Source: Octopus sinensis (taxonomy: Eukaryota). Taken from it: 64,000 bases of DNA. The stretch lies in the NCBI RefSeq assembly GCF_006345805.1, contig NC_043001.1, positions 11,470,001 to 11,534,000 of the forward strand, read 5' to 3'. The notes beneath the pieces were generated by a model. It did not search any database and was not told the origin of the DNA. It was given only the letters and a program-made list of their open reading frames with translations. A program made the translations under genes and the position numbers. Below, one piece after another: positions 1 through 11,164 of this stretch (position 1 is its first letter; every line of letters begins with the position of its first letter).

Positions 1-2
1 TT

Positions 3-76
3 TACATTATTTACATTTGACGGATATTTGTCCTCATCTTGTTTGTTCTTAACACAACGTTTCGTCTGATATACCC
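3..76 (-). repeat. Inverted partial copy of the hammerhead-containing tail at 505-578
   Basis: Reverse complement of 3-76 matches 505-578 (gggtatatcag.cgaaacgttgtgttaa.aacaaacaa.atgag.acaaatatccgtcaaatgtaaataatgta) with few mismatches. Confidence 0.9.
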
Positions 77-79
77 ACA

Positions 80-153
80 GGCATATGGCGTAGTGTTTAA
101 GAGCGCAGGCTATCAACCCCAAGAATACGAGTTTTATTCCAGGCAGTGACCTG

Positions 154-203
<50 letters not shown>

Positions 204-278
204 TAATAATAATAATGACAATAATAATAATAATAACAACAACAACAATAATTATAATAATAATAATGATGATGATAT

Positions 279-337
<59 letters not shown>

Positions 338-380
338 AATAACAACAACAACAATAATTATAATAGTAATAGTAATAATA

Positions 381-418
<38 letters not shown>

Positions 419-578
419 AATAATAACAATAACAACATCGAAATATATTTTAGGAATGAGAAGCCAGGTGAGAAATTTCTCGTAGGCACCTGATAAAGGT
501 TTGAGGGTATATCAGCCGAAACGTTGTGTTAACAACAAACAAAATGAGAACAAATATCCGTCAAATGTAAATAATGTA
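80..578 (+). mobile_element. SINE-like element: tRNA-like head + (AAT/GAT)n + hammerhead-bearing Penelope-type tail
   Basis: A-box-like tggcgtagtgtt (~86-97) and degenerate B-box gagttttattcc (~129-140). Microsatellite at 157-436, then a ~140-bp tail that recurs near 63623-63745 and 63968-64000. Confidence 0.65.
485..530 (+). ncRNA. Minimal type-I hammerhead ribozyme motif (this copy has G8A)
   Basis: GGCAC-CUGAUAA-A-GGUUU-loop-CAGCC-GAAA-CGUU-GUGUU. The paralog at 63665-63694 (-) supplies GACAC-CUGAUGA-A-GGCUG, which restores the core and stem II. Confidence 0.7.
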
Positions 579-780
579 TTATATAAATATTATTGCTTAA
601 TCTCTCGAAGAGACGCATTCAGTAACAGTTCTTTAAAGTAAAAGCTATTTGCCAACATAATGTGACTGTCCTGGAAGGAACGAATGTTACTGTTGTTTTA
701 GTCACAGGAAACATCGTTTCTAGCTGGCTATACGCCACAATATCTGTATCCTTATATTTTCAAATACACGAAATACCTTA

Positions 781-1075
781 TCATCATCATCATCATTATT
801 ATAATTATCATCGTTTAACGTCCGCTTTCCATGCTGGCATGGGTTGGGCGATTTTGACTGAGGGCTGGCGAACCAGATGGCTGCACCAGGCTCCAATCTT
901 GATCTGGCAGAGTTTCTACAGCTGGACTCCCTTCTTAACGCCAACCACTCCGAGAGTTTTGTGGGTGCGTTTTACGTGCCACCGGCGGGGGGGGGGGCTC
1001 AGGCGGTACTGGCAACGACTTCGCTTGAATCTTTTTACACATGCCACCGGCACAGGTGACAGTGAGGCGACATTG
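781..1075 (-). mobile_element. Non-autonomous retroelement with RTE-like 3' end and (GAT)n tail
   Basis: Minus strand ends ...cccatgccagcatggaaagcggacgttaaacgatgat(gat)n and has an internal gcgttaagaagggagtcc motif. RTE affinity is from recollection. Confidence 0.5.
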
Positions 1076-1411
1076 GTGATAGATTAAATGCTTTGGTTGA
1101 ACAAAATCCCAGAACAATCGTTCGAAAACTTTCATCAGAACGCCAAACAAGTCAAGAAAACGGACAGGTTTGTTGCACATCAAAGGATACAGATATTGTG
1201 GCATATAGTCAGCTACAAACGATGTTTCCTGGCGCTAAAACAACAGTAACATTCGTCTCTTCCAGGACAACCACATAATGTTGGCATATAGGCTTTGCTA
1301 TAAAATTATTTCATATTCAGTAAATATTAGGCTATTTACTTATTTCAATATAACTTAGTGGTTTACGCCTCGTTCCGTTTAATAGTACAGGCGTACTTTT
1401 AAGAATAAGGA

Positions 1412-1511
1412 NNNNNNNNNNNNNNNNNNNNNNNNNNNNNNNNNNNNNNNNNNNNNNNNNNNNNNNNNNNNNNNNNNNNNNNNNNNNNNNNNNNNNNNNN
1501 NNNNNNNNNNN
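1412..1511. other. Assembly gap (100 N)
   Basis: Run of exactly 100 n. Confidence 1.
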
Positions 1512-1843
1512 CCACTCACACACATGCCGTCACAAACACAGACACTCACACACCCGCGCACATGCATCCACATACTACTGTAGTACAGTGCATATCAGGA
1601 ACAAATGAAATTATACTCAACACTGCAAAACGCTTGAAGGTAAAAAAAAAAATGATCAACGTGTCTGTTTGGAAATTGTATTACACTTATCCATCACTTT
1701 GAATTGCATCAATTAATAAAAGATGTTATACTACTAAACTCTGCTCTTTACAAAATCCGAAAGCGCCTCCAGCGGTTCATTCCCATTGTTTATATTTTCG
1801 ATTACTTTTAGTTTGGTTTCCTGTTCTTTCACAAAAATCAATA

Positions 1844-2263
1844 GGCGCAGGAGTGGCTGTGTGGTAAGTAGCTTGCTAACCAACCACATGGTTCCGGGTT
1901 CAGTCCCACTGCGTGGTACCTTGGGCAAGTGTCTTCTGCTATAGCCTCGGGCCGACCAAAGCCTTGTGAGTGGATTTGGTAGACGGAAACTGAAAGAAGC
2001 CTGTCGTATATATTTATATATATATGTATGTGTGTGTATATGTTTGTGTGTCTGTGTTTGTCCCCCTAGCATTGCTTGACAGCCGATGCTGGTATGTTTA
2101 CGTCCCCGTCACTTAGCGGTTCGGCAAAAGAGAGCAATAGAATAAGTACTGGGCTTACAAAAAACGAATAAGTCCCGGGGTCGATTTGCTCGACTAAAGG
2201 CGGTGCTCCAGCATGGCCGCAGTCAAATGACTGAAACAAGTAAAAGAGTAAAAGAGTAAAGAG
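1844..2263 (+). mobile_element. tRNA-headed SINE, family A (full length)
   Basis: Head ggcgcaggagtggctgtgtggtaag...gggttcagtccc, internal (TA)/(TG)n, tail ggcggtgctccagcatggccgcagtcaaatgactgaaac(aagtaaaagag)n. More than 10 copies in the window. Confidence 0.9.
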
Positions 2264-2659
2264 ACTATTTCAGTAGTACGTCTCTGGCTTCCAGCGTAAT
2301 GTTAGATATAGTGTTGCCATGTACTTCATTAAATTAATATTTGCCTTCTAAATCGACAAAATAGTTTAACTATGAAGTTACGTATTAAAACACAAGGCGA
2401 TAACGAGTATTCTGAAAAGAAAACCACGATAAAAATGGCTTTATCTCGGTGTTGAAATATTCCCCAACATTCGTTGAGCTTCTTTCGTATTTAATATGAT
2501 TTGAAATATATTTTATCTGTAGCAGCATCGGCACAATATTTCATATAGATTACGGTCTGGTGAAATGCAGACGTCGTGAGGCTGAGGACTTTGCAGACAG
2601 AAAAGGCGTTACTCTATCAAATGACTGGAAAAGTAAAAGAGTAACATATAATACTGTGA

Positions 2660-2975
2660 AGGCGCGTGGCTTAGTGGTTAGGGCATTCGGCTCACGATTG
2701 TAAGGTCGTGAGTTCGATTCCCGGCGACACGTTGTGTCCTTGAGCAAGACACTTTATTTCACGATGCTCCACTCCACTCAGCTGGCAAAAATGAGTTGTA
2801 CCTGTATTTAAAAGGGCCGGCATTGTCACACTCTGTGTCACGCTGAATCTCTCTGAGAACTACGTTACGGGTGCACGTGTCTGTGGATTTCTCAGTCACT
2901 TGCACGTTAATTTCACGAGCAGGCTATTCCATGATCGTGTCAGCTGGAACCTCGTCGTCGTAACCGACGGAGTAT
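2660..2975 (+). mobile_element. tRNA-headed SINE with alternative head and family-B 3' half
   Basis: A box tggcttagtgg, B box gagttcgattcc, central tgtgtccttgagcaagacac. From ~2797 it matches family B to ...gtcgtaaccgacggagt. Confidence 0.85.
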
Positions 2976-2982
2976 CCTATAG

Positions 2983-3043
<61 letters not shown>

Positions 3044-3064
3044 ATTGCGTGTGTGTGTGGTGGA

Positions 3065-3145
3065 GAGAGCAGACAAAGAAGCCTGGGTTATAAAAAACAT
3101 TAAGACACACCAAAGGCCGTCTTCCATTATACCAAAAACAGCTGG
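3065..3145 (+). mobile_element. Short fragment of the CR1-group LINE ORF2
   Basis: agagcagacaaagaagcctggg... matches 19936-20015 (ERADKEAW.I.NIK). Confidence 0.7.
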
Positions 3146-3190
3146 TTACCTCCTCTTTTCTCAATATTCAATATCTATACACACACAAAC

Positions 3191-3234
<44 letters not shown>

Positions 3235-3256
3235 CACATCCACGCATATATATATA

Positions 3257-3299
<43 letters not shown>

Positions 3300-4062
3300 C
3301 CATGTGTATATATACATAGCAATGCATATATACAAACACACATATGTATGTGCATACACACACAACTACGCAAATATATATATATATATATATATATAAC
3401 TTTGTTTCGTTTTGATCTTTTTATTTTAATAATGTTTAGCTTGTTAAATTGTTACCTGAATGAAATATTACGTAGAGTATTAATCCGAATTTTGCTGTTA
3501 AAATGAGCTTAAATTTTCCACCCTAATCGCTTGGAACTTGCACGAGGTCTTTGGTTATGTTGACTAATATTTGTCAATTAGAACACAAACCGAATCCCTC
3601 AGGTTTTATATTTCTAGTTAACCGCCTAAAATACTGAATAAAAATTACAAAGTTTGTTCAGAGCTCGTGTGCAATAAGTGACTATCGAAAAGTGTCTCAC
3701 GTTGAAACAAAACTTGGTTTGTCTTTAGGTGTCTTGTTATGCAACTATGTTCATTTATTAAGGAAACCTGTTTAAGTCATAATTTAAAATGATTCCAAAA
3801 GACCTATACGTCTAAATCAATTGCTGTCTATTATGGATGCTACTTTCATGCTTAACATTATTTGTACCCGTAAGCGTGTACATTGATAATGATATGCATA
3901 CGTGTACAATGTAAACTTATATGATGAAGTCCGATGCGTGTCTGAGCATGTGAAAACTCCAGGTTGCTGACCTGGGTGATGAAATAAATACTGTGGTCAG
4001 TTGGACGGTTTTTACTTAAGGAAACTGATAGTGTGTTTAGTAGAGCTTTTGAATGGTATATA

Positions 4063-4202
4063 GGCGTGGGTATGTGGTAAGAAGCTTGCTCCGGGCTCAG
4101 TCCCACTGTGTGACACCTTGGACAAGTTTCTTCTACTATAGCTTCGCGCCGACCAAATCTTCGTGAGTTGATTTCGTTGACGGAAACCAAAAGATGCCCG
4201 TC

Positions 4203-4265
<63 letters not shown>
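4063..4265 (+). mobile_element. SINE A, 5' half, ending in the (TA)n that hosts the palindrome
   Basis: Diverged match to the family A head through gcccgtcgtatata. Confidence 0.8.
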
Positions 4266-4267
4266 TA

Positions 4268-4613
4268 TATAATATTAATTAGAGACAAAACCACTATTTT
4301 GTAAATCAAACAAGGAAAGACTAATCAATACATAAAAAAATTTTAATATAAGTAAATAAATCGCCACTACAATTGTTTCCTGTCTTCAAATGACATTCAT
4401 CGGGTGGATTTCATATCTTCCATTCAATTTAAAGTTATGAAGTTATGACTTCATAACTTTAAATTGAATGGAAGATATGAAATCCACCCGATGAATGTCA
4501 TTTGAAGACAGGAAACAATTGTAGTGGCGATTTATTTACTTATATTAAAATTTTTTTATGTATTGATTAAGTCTTTCCTTGTTTGATTTACAAAATAGTG
4601 GTTTTGTCTCTAA

Positions 4614-4623
<10 letters not shown>
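4268..4623. mobile_element. ~355-bp near-perfect palindrome with a hammerhead motif in each arm, inserted in (TA)n
   Basis: Arms 4268-4443 and 4448-4623 are reverse complements (one indel) around a 4-nt loop. Confidence 0.9.
4484..4527 (+). ncRNA. Minimal type-I hammerhead motif (U4C variant); mirror copy at 4364-4407 (-)
   Basis: CCAC-CCGAUGA-A-UGUC-auuugaa-GACA-G-GAAAC-AAUU-GUA-GUGG: stem I CCAC/GUGG, stem II UGUC/GACA, palindromic stem III ACAAUUGU, GUA triplet. Confidence 0.7.
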
Positions 4624-4681
<58 letters not shown>

Positions 4682-4956
4682 CAGTTTACATTTAATCACA
4701 TAAGGAATCCACTCGTGGGATTCAACTCGCTAGAAAGAACAGCTAGGTTCTATAACCACAAAATTAGGGATAAAATTCGACAGGAACGAAATGAAAAAAT
4801 AAAATCATTTTACCATCTAGTTTCCTGGACTAATTGGTTTCCGATTTTAGTTTAGCAAATAAATAATATTTACTCGCTAGGTGAAATCTTTCTCACCAGG
4901 TACACCTTAGATTAAATATAATCATACCATTTCCCTTCGATATGATTAAGTATATA

Positions 4957-5362
4957 TGGCTGTGTGGTAAGTAGCTTGTTTACCAACCACATAGTTCCGG
5001 GTTCAGTCCCACTGCATGGCACCTTGGGTAAGTGTCTTCTACTATAGCCTCGGGCCGACCAAAGCCTTGTGAGTGGATTTGGTAGACGGAAACTGAAAGA
5101 AGCCTGTCGTATATATGTATATATATATATATATGCGTGTGTGTGTTTGTGTGGGTGTGTTTGTCCCCCTAGCATTGCTTGACAACCGATGCTGGTGTGT
5201 TTATGTCCCCGTTACTTAGCGGTTTGGCAAAAGAGACCGATAGAATAAGTACTGGGATTTCAAAAGAATAAGTCCCAGGGTCGAGTTACTTGATTAAAGG
5301 CGGTGCTCCAGCATGGCCGCAGTCAAATGACTGAAACAAGTAAAAGAGTAAAAGAGTAAAAA
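4957..5362 (+). mobile_element. SINE A
   Basis: Near-full match to 1844-2263. Confidence 0.9.
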
Positions 5363-5372
5363 GCGAGATATA

Positions 5373-6242
5373 GGATCTTTCCTGTTTGGCTATCAGCGGC
5401 TCCAAAAATTAGAGTTTACCGAAAACTCTAAGATTTGGCACAAGAATGCATTTTCCCAAACTGAATTACAGGGGTTAATTCATTTTCTCCAGAAAAAAGT
5501 TTTTGAACATTTATAGAGGTTTAAAGTTTAATCATTTTCACTCAGTCAGAAATCAGGATTTGGAAGCTGCCATTTTGTGCGTGATTGTACATTTTGTCGC
5601 CAAGAACCTGAAAATATCACGTGACGTCAATATTTGTAAACGGCACGTTTTATGTCTCCGGTAATTTTTCTTTTCATGTAAATAAATGTTATTTAGCTGT
5701 TATTTTTAGTACACCTCACAAACCACCGCAATACTCAATGTCAAAAAGAATTTAAATATGTTTAATTACAATTTAAATATGCTTAAAAAACCAACATTAG
5801 CTTTTGGTTTTAATTTTTAAAATATCCTCCTCTGATTTCAATGTTTCCATAGTAGAAACGAACTTAATGCAGCTTGCAGCCACGATTACAAAGAACAAAG
5901 AACACATAGTCAAATGTGTCAACACGTGCTTCTCGCAGATAAAAGACTTTTCAAAGACTGCTTGGAGTCGCTTGTTACTATGGCAACAGTCACGTTAAGA
6001 GACAAAAGAGTTCTCATGTTCTGCTTCTTACTATCGAAACAGCCATGAATGTGTTTGTGGCTTACGAGTGGCTAAAACTACCAAAATGTTCAAACTTTAA
6101 TTACTAATAACTCTGTATTTATTGATTTATAGCGAAAATTACTTTCACGTCAATAATTAGCCTATAAAAGTGTATCATTACTCTCAATATGAACTCAATT
6201 CGAAGAGAAAATTGACTCTGGCAGCCAAACAGAAAAATATCC
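5373..6242. mobile_element. Non-autonomous TIR DNA transposon (~870 bp)
   Basis: Imperfect ~20-bp terminal inverted repeats ggatctttcctgtttggct / agccaaacagaaaaatatcc, with no coding capacity. Confidence 0.55.
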
Positions 6243-6384
6243 AATCTATATATCGTTGGAATTTAGAAAAAAAAGACAAACAAAAAACAAAAGATGAAAA
6301 CAGGTGTGTAAACAAATACAGGTGTAGTAGATTAACGCTCGGGGAGATCAGAAAGTCTTTTACGTTTCGATCCTACGTTCTTCA

Positions 6385-6415
<31 letters not shown>

Positions 6416-6425
6416 TAGATAGATA

Positions 6426-6480
<55 letters not shown>

Positions 6481-6636
6481 TATAGATAAATAGATAGATT
6501 GATAGATAGATAGATAGATAGAAAGATAGATAGATAGATAATCTAAACATGAAAACACAAAGAGAAAACAACAACGCGAGGACGTAGAACAAACGTAGTG
6601 TTATTGGACACTCAGGAAAGGAAAGAAAGACGGAGG

Positions 6637-6673
6637 ATGTAACGTTTCGAGCGGAGCTCTTCGTCAGAAACAT
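6637..6673 (-). ncRNA. Minimal type-I hammerhead motif with intact core, in a Penelope pLTR-like fragment (~6545-6740)
   Basis: Minus strand: AUGUUU-CUGACGA-A-GAGC-UCC-GCUC-GAAA-CGUU-ACAU. A second, 5'-truncated motif (gaagaacgtaggatcgaaacgtaaaagac) lies at ~6355-6385 (-). Confidence 0.75.
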
Positions 6674-6951
6674 AGGAAAAGGAAAGATCCAAGGAAGGGA
6701 AGACGGAGGAAACAATCGACAACGATACACACGCGGTCACACACACACACATATATATATGTACTTTATCTAATGGGAATAATAAAATACACTTAATGTT
6801 AATAATAATTGATACATTTGTATGTATATAGATGTACATATAAATGTATAGATATGTATTTATGTATATTAATGTATATGTATGTATATGTAAAAGTGTG
6901 TATATATGTATGTAATTATATTTATAACTTAACCTTATGAACTTTCTAAAC

Positions 6952-7073
6952 TCTCAGACGAAGCCTAGAGGCACCCCCAAGTACCTTAATCTTATCTACA
7001 AAATACTTCAGTTCACTGAAGGGAGGGAAGTAAAGTGGGGTACTATGACCCCTTGGCGGAAAGAGCTGTAAGA
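6952..7073 (+). ncRNA. Degenerate hammerhead with long stem II
   Basis: ucu-CaGACGA-AGCC...(aguacc/gguacu inner pairing)...GGC-G-GAAAgAGCUGUA-aga; two core deviations. Confidence 0.45.
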
Positions 7074-7387
7074 TACGATTCTACCTCCTATGCTCTACGT
7101 TATATATTTTAATAATTACTGGTATTTTTATATTTTTATATATTATATAATACATAATGATATAAATGTATGTATACTGCTATAATTGTTGCTTTAGAAA
7201 AATAGATATAATATAATGTCAAAAAGTTGATGAATACCACCTCTTGATCCCCTCCATTTTCTTATTGCTGTACATATACACACATATATATATGTATGTA
7301 TATATATGTATAAGTATATATGTATGTATATATATATATGTCTACATATATATGTATATATATATATATACATATGTGTATATATAT

Positions 7388-7430
<43 letters not shown>

Positions 7431-7805
7431 ATATGTCTATACATATACATATATACATTTATATATATATACATATAAATATATATGTGTATATATATAT
7501 ATATACATCATGGGCGGAATTTGAACTCAGAACATAAAGTCTGTCACTTTGCTCGGCGTCCTAACGATTCTGCCAGCTCTCTGATTCGTCAACTGTTTAA
7601 TATTATTGTTATTCATATTTAATTTTTCGATTTTCAGATGACGAACAGTGAGGCAAGATTTAAACTGAATCTAGCGTATATATATATATATATACACTCT
7701 ACGGTCATCTGTTTCTTGCTCAACCGATCTCTCAATCTATATGTTTGTTAAATAATGAAATAATATTGCAAATAAGAATAATTGCTTCCTGTTTTTATTT
7801 GTAAA

Positions 7806-8203
7806 CTAGCAGTATCGCCCGGCGTTGCTCGGATTTGTAAGGGAAATAACTATAAAGCATTTTAAGAGAGTTATAGCCAAAAAATAGCAAAAAAATGCAT
7901 TAAAAATGGAAAAAAAAAATGATGGTAAAATTTTTTTTAAATCGTTGACTCATCGTAGACATTTTTAGAGAGTTACTTCCCTTATATAATAGCGAAAAAA
8001 TGCATTACAATGGAAAAAAATGATGGTAAACTTTTTTGAAATCGTAGACTCATCATAGACGCGCGCTAATACCCAGACGGGCTCGATATGAATCACGACT
8101 ATAAGATACCTGGTTTTGGTTACACTGCACTGAAAAATGTGGGAGTAGTTAGGAATCTAAATCGTAGGAGACAGGCACACAACTTCACTTTTATATTAAA
8201 AGA
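7806..8203 (-). mobile_element. Non-autonomous Helitron (398 bp)
   Basis: Minus strand starts A|TCTTTTAATATAAAAG and ends CCGAGCAACGCCGGGCGATACTGCTAG|T, close to the 3' end of the large Helitron. Contains an internal ~100-bp tandem duplication. Confidence 0.85.
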
Positions 8204-8266
8204 TGTTCTCATTCTTCTTTAGATGTTAGTGTTCTTTTAGTTGTTATTGGAAATGGTGTGGAGGAA

Positions 8267-8640
8267 GGCGGCGAGATGGGAGAAACGTTAGCACGCCGGG
8301 CGAAATGCGTAGCCGTATTACGTCTGCCGTTATGTTCTGAGTTCAAATTCCGCCGAGGTCGATTTTGCCTTTCATCCTTTCGGGGTCGATAAAGTAAGTA
8401 CCAGTTTCGCACTGGGGTCGATATACTCGACTTAATCCCTTTGTCTATCCTTGTTTGTCCTCTCTGTAGGTATTTCGTCTGTCTTAACGTTCTGAGTTCA
8501 AATTTCGTCGTGGTCGTCTTTGCCTTTCATCCTTTTGGGGTCGATAAATTATGTACCAGTTGAATACTGGTGTCGATCTAATCGACAGGTCCCCCCCACC
8601 TCAAAATTTCTGTCCTTGTGCCTAGAGTAGAAGAGAAATA
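8267..8640 (+). mobile_element. tRNA-headed SINE, family C (head + two partial units)
   Basis: ggcggcgag.tgg.agaaacgttagc head, B box gagttcaaattcc, central gcctttcatcctttcggggtcgataaa. Confidence 0.85.
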
Positions 8641-9309
8641 TACGTTTCAACTTGGTTAGCGTGCCTAACTTGTTATTTCTTTTAACCTCATTATTTAGTA
8701 TATTTAACAGTTCAGTGTGGCAAACTTTTCAGATTTAAACAAAATGAGAAAGTGAGTCAAACATGAATTTCCAAAAACGATAGAGAATTTATCTGAAAGG
8801 GGAATGAAAAGAAACTATACTCTCATTAATGATGTTTTGCAGATATAAAAAAAAAAAAAACATTAAGCATTTGAAACTAATTCGGAATTAAATACGAAAA
8901 GAGCAATGAAACGAAAGTTTTCTAATTAGGATAAAATAATGAATTTGAATTTGAGAAAGTAGGATATTTGAACGTCTGATTATAAGTGTAGATTTGGTGT
9001 ATTCAAAGTAAGTATATTGGAAATATGATAGCGAATATGTTCAAATTATATATACATATTTTTAATATGTACAGCATGCATTTCAAGATAAAATGCTTCC
9101 GTCCTTGGAGGTTTCCAGCAGGTTTCTCACTGTGTATCCATGCATTCCCAATAGCATAAATCCTAAGCGGGGAGCAAATGAATCTAAAGAAACAACATGG
9201 AGTATTTTTGTTCATAAACACACGTGATAATTTTGTTCAGTTTTCTAGTCGTTGGGCCCATCCTGCGTAAACATTATATATATGCAAGCATACATACATA
9301 ATACTTACA

Positions 9310-9343
<34 letters not shown>

Positions 9344-9424
9344 TAATAAAATATTAGGGAATAAATCAGAACTTAAGGGAAAAATCAGATTTAGGATTGA
9401 ATCAAATTTTATAGTAAAATATTA

Positions 9425-9642
9425 TATTATATTAAATTAGAGACAAAACCACTATTAGGCAAATCATACAATGAAAAACTTAAGCTAATACATAAGATTA
9501 TTTAATTTATATTATTTAAATATATCTTTTTTAATAATTTTGATATATATTTAAATAATATACATTAATTAATCTTATGTATTGGCTTAAGTTTTTCATT
9601 GTATGATTTGCCTAATACTGGTTTTATCTCTAATTTAATATA

Positions 9643-9648
<6 letters not shown>
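9425..9648. repeat. ~220-bp imperfect palindrome in (TA)n sharing termini with 4268-4623
   Basis: Begins aattagagacaaaaccacta, ends ggttttatctctaatt; arms of ~100 bp. Confidence 0.8.
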
Positions 9649-9680
<32 letters not shown>

Positions 9681-10037
9681 ATATAGATATATATGTTTAC
9701 ATACATACAGGTAACAGTAGAATTTGTATTCACATATGTTGAATGAAATTCAATATTTATTAAGATACACTTCATTTTCAAAAGTTAATAAAATCTAGAG
9801 AAACGCTTTAAATTTTTTTAGAACAACACCTGTTCTTATTCACGCTTCGCTGATAACGCCAAAGTAATGGAATGATATTTATAAGCATTTTTTTTTTGAA
9901 TACTATTCCTCAAATCATCTAATGTTGTCGGTTTTGCACTGTGAAATTCGTCTTTGAAATATCCGTATAGCAAATGTTTGTGGTTGGGATGTTCGGTTTA
10001 CGCAGACGGTTTTCTATTGAACTTCATGTAATCAATC

Positions 10038-10123
10038 TGCCCAAGATGCCACGCAGTAGGACTGAACCCAGAACCATGTGGCTGGAAAGCAAACTTCTTA
10101 CCACAAAGCCACCCATATGCCTA
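10038..10123 (-). mobile_element. SINE A head fragment
   Basis: tgcccaagatgccacgcagt.ggactgaaccc... Confidence 0.75.
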
Positions 10124-11164
10124 CCCCCGCTTGCGCCTATCCACACTTGCACCTATAAATAAAGTGGGGTGCCACTGTTTGGTGCATATGTGTATGTGTG
10201 TGTGAGGGTGTGTATGTGAATATGTGAGTGTATATATATATATATGTAAATTAGAAAAAAGCACCTTTTATCAATTCAATAATGAAAAATTAAATTACAC
10301 CATCTAGAAAATTACATATTATAGAAAGATTAAATATAGGATAAAAATATAATGATGTGAAATTTCGAAATTTGATTTAGTATTTCTAAATTGAATTTTC
10401 CCAGTAAGTTTGGAACAATATTCCTTCATATCATATATATACCTCTTGTCTCTTCTTCAGACGTCCATACTTCGATATATGAAGATGCGTGGACTTATGT
10501 TCATGCTGATGCTCTCACGTGCGTAAGGTCGTGGTTTCGATTCGCGCACCGGACGTTATTTCAGTCCATTCGGCTATAAATGCGTAACCCTGCGATGGCC
10601 AGACGTCCTCTTGTTGTTCCGGTCACTTGTATCCAATGGAAAGCCGATAACTAGATCACTGAGTCCTAGGGCATGAGGCGCGATTTACTATACATCAATA
10701 TAAAGAAATAACTGTGAAAGCCACAGAACTTTAAATTGTTATGGTAACAAACGAAGTTTTGCAACAGTTTCAATATAACTAGTTTCGTTTAGTATTCTCT
10801 AGCGGTAAGAATATTACATTTTTATAGATATGACAAAGAGCTACCGTCCATCAATATAAGAGCTGAAACTTTAGTACTAAATACCAAATGTTGCTGAGAC
10901 ATTATGTATCTTATTATATATGCACTGAATTACTTTGAAGAGGTGCCTGAGAAAATATTTCCAGTAGTGCACTTAATGAATAAATTAGTCTGCCAGGATT
11001 CATTAGCGAGAGTTTTTAAGAAAAGACAGAAAGGTATAAACAGTAAACTGATTGCAGTTCAATGTCTTTCTGTGATTGCATTTTCTGAGATAAAACAGCC
11101 GCAAAATCACAAAGCCTGCAAGCATTTGTACAGCTTTCTCCACCGTCAAACGGAAGATCTCAAT

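Noticed and set aside
97-493. Poly-D/I/S/M ORFs (also at 33458-34074, 36268-36501, 62835-63163) and YIYI/HTHT ORFs throughout
   Set aside because: They are translations of microsatellites, open in several frames.
1734-2072. Recurrent 'MLGGQTQTH...[17 protein letters not shown]' ORFs that look like a gene family
   Set aside because: Antisense readings of SINE A copies.
10505-10690. Very old SINE-like remnants (also ~27250-27400 and ~37220-37340)
   Set aside because: Too degenerate to delimit or assign without alignment.
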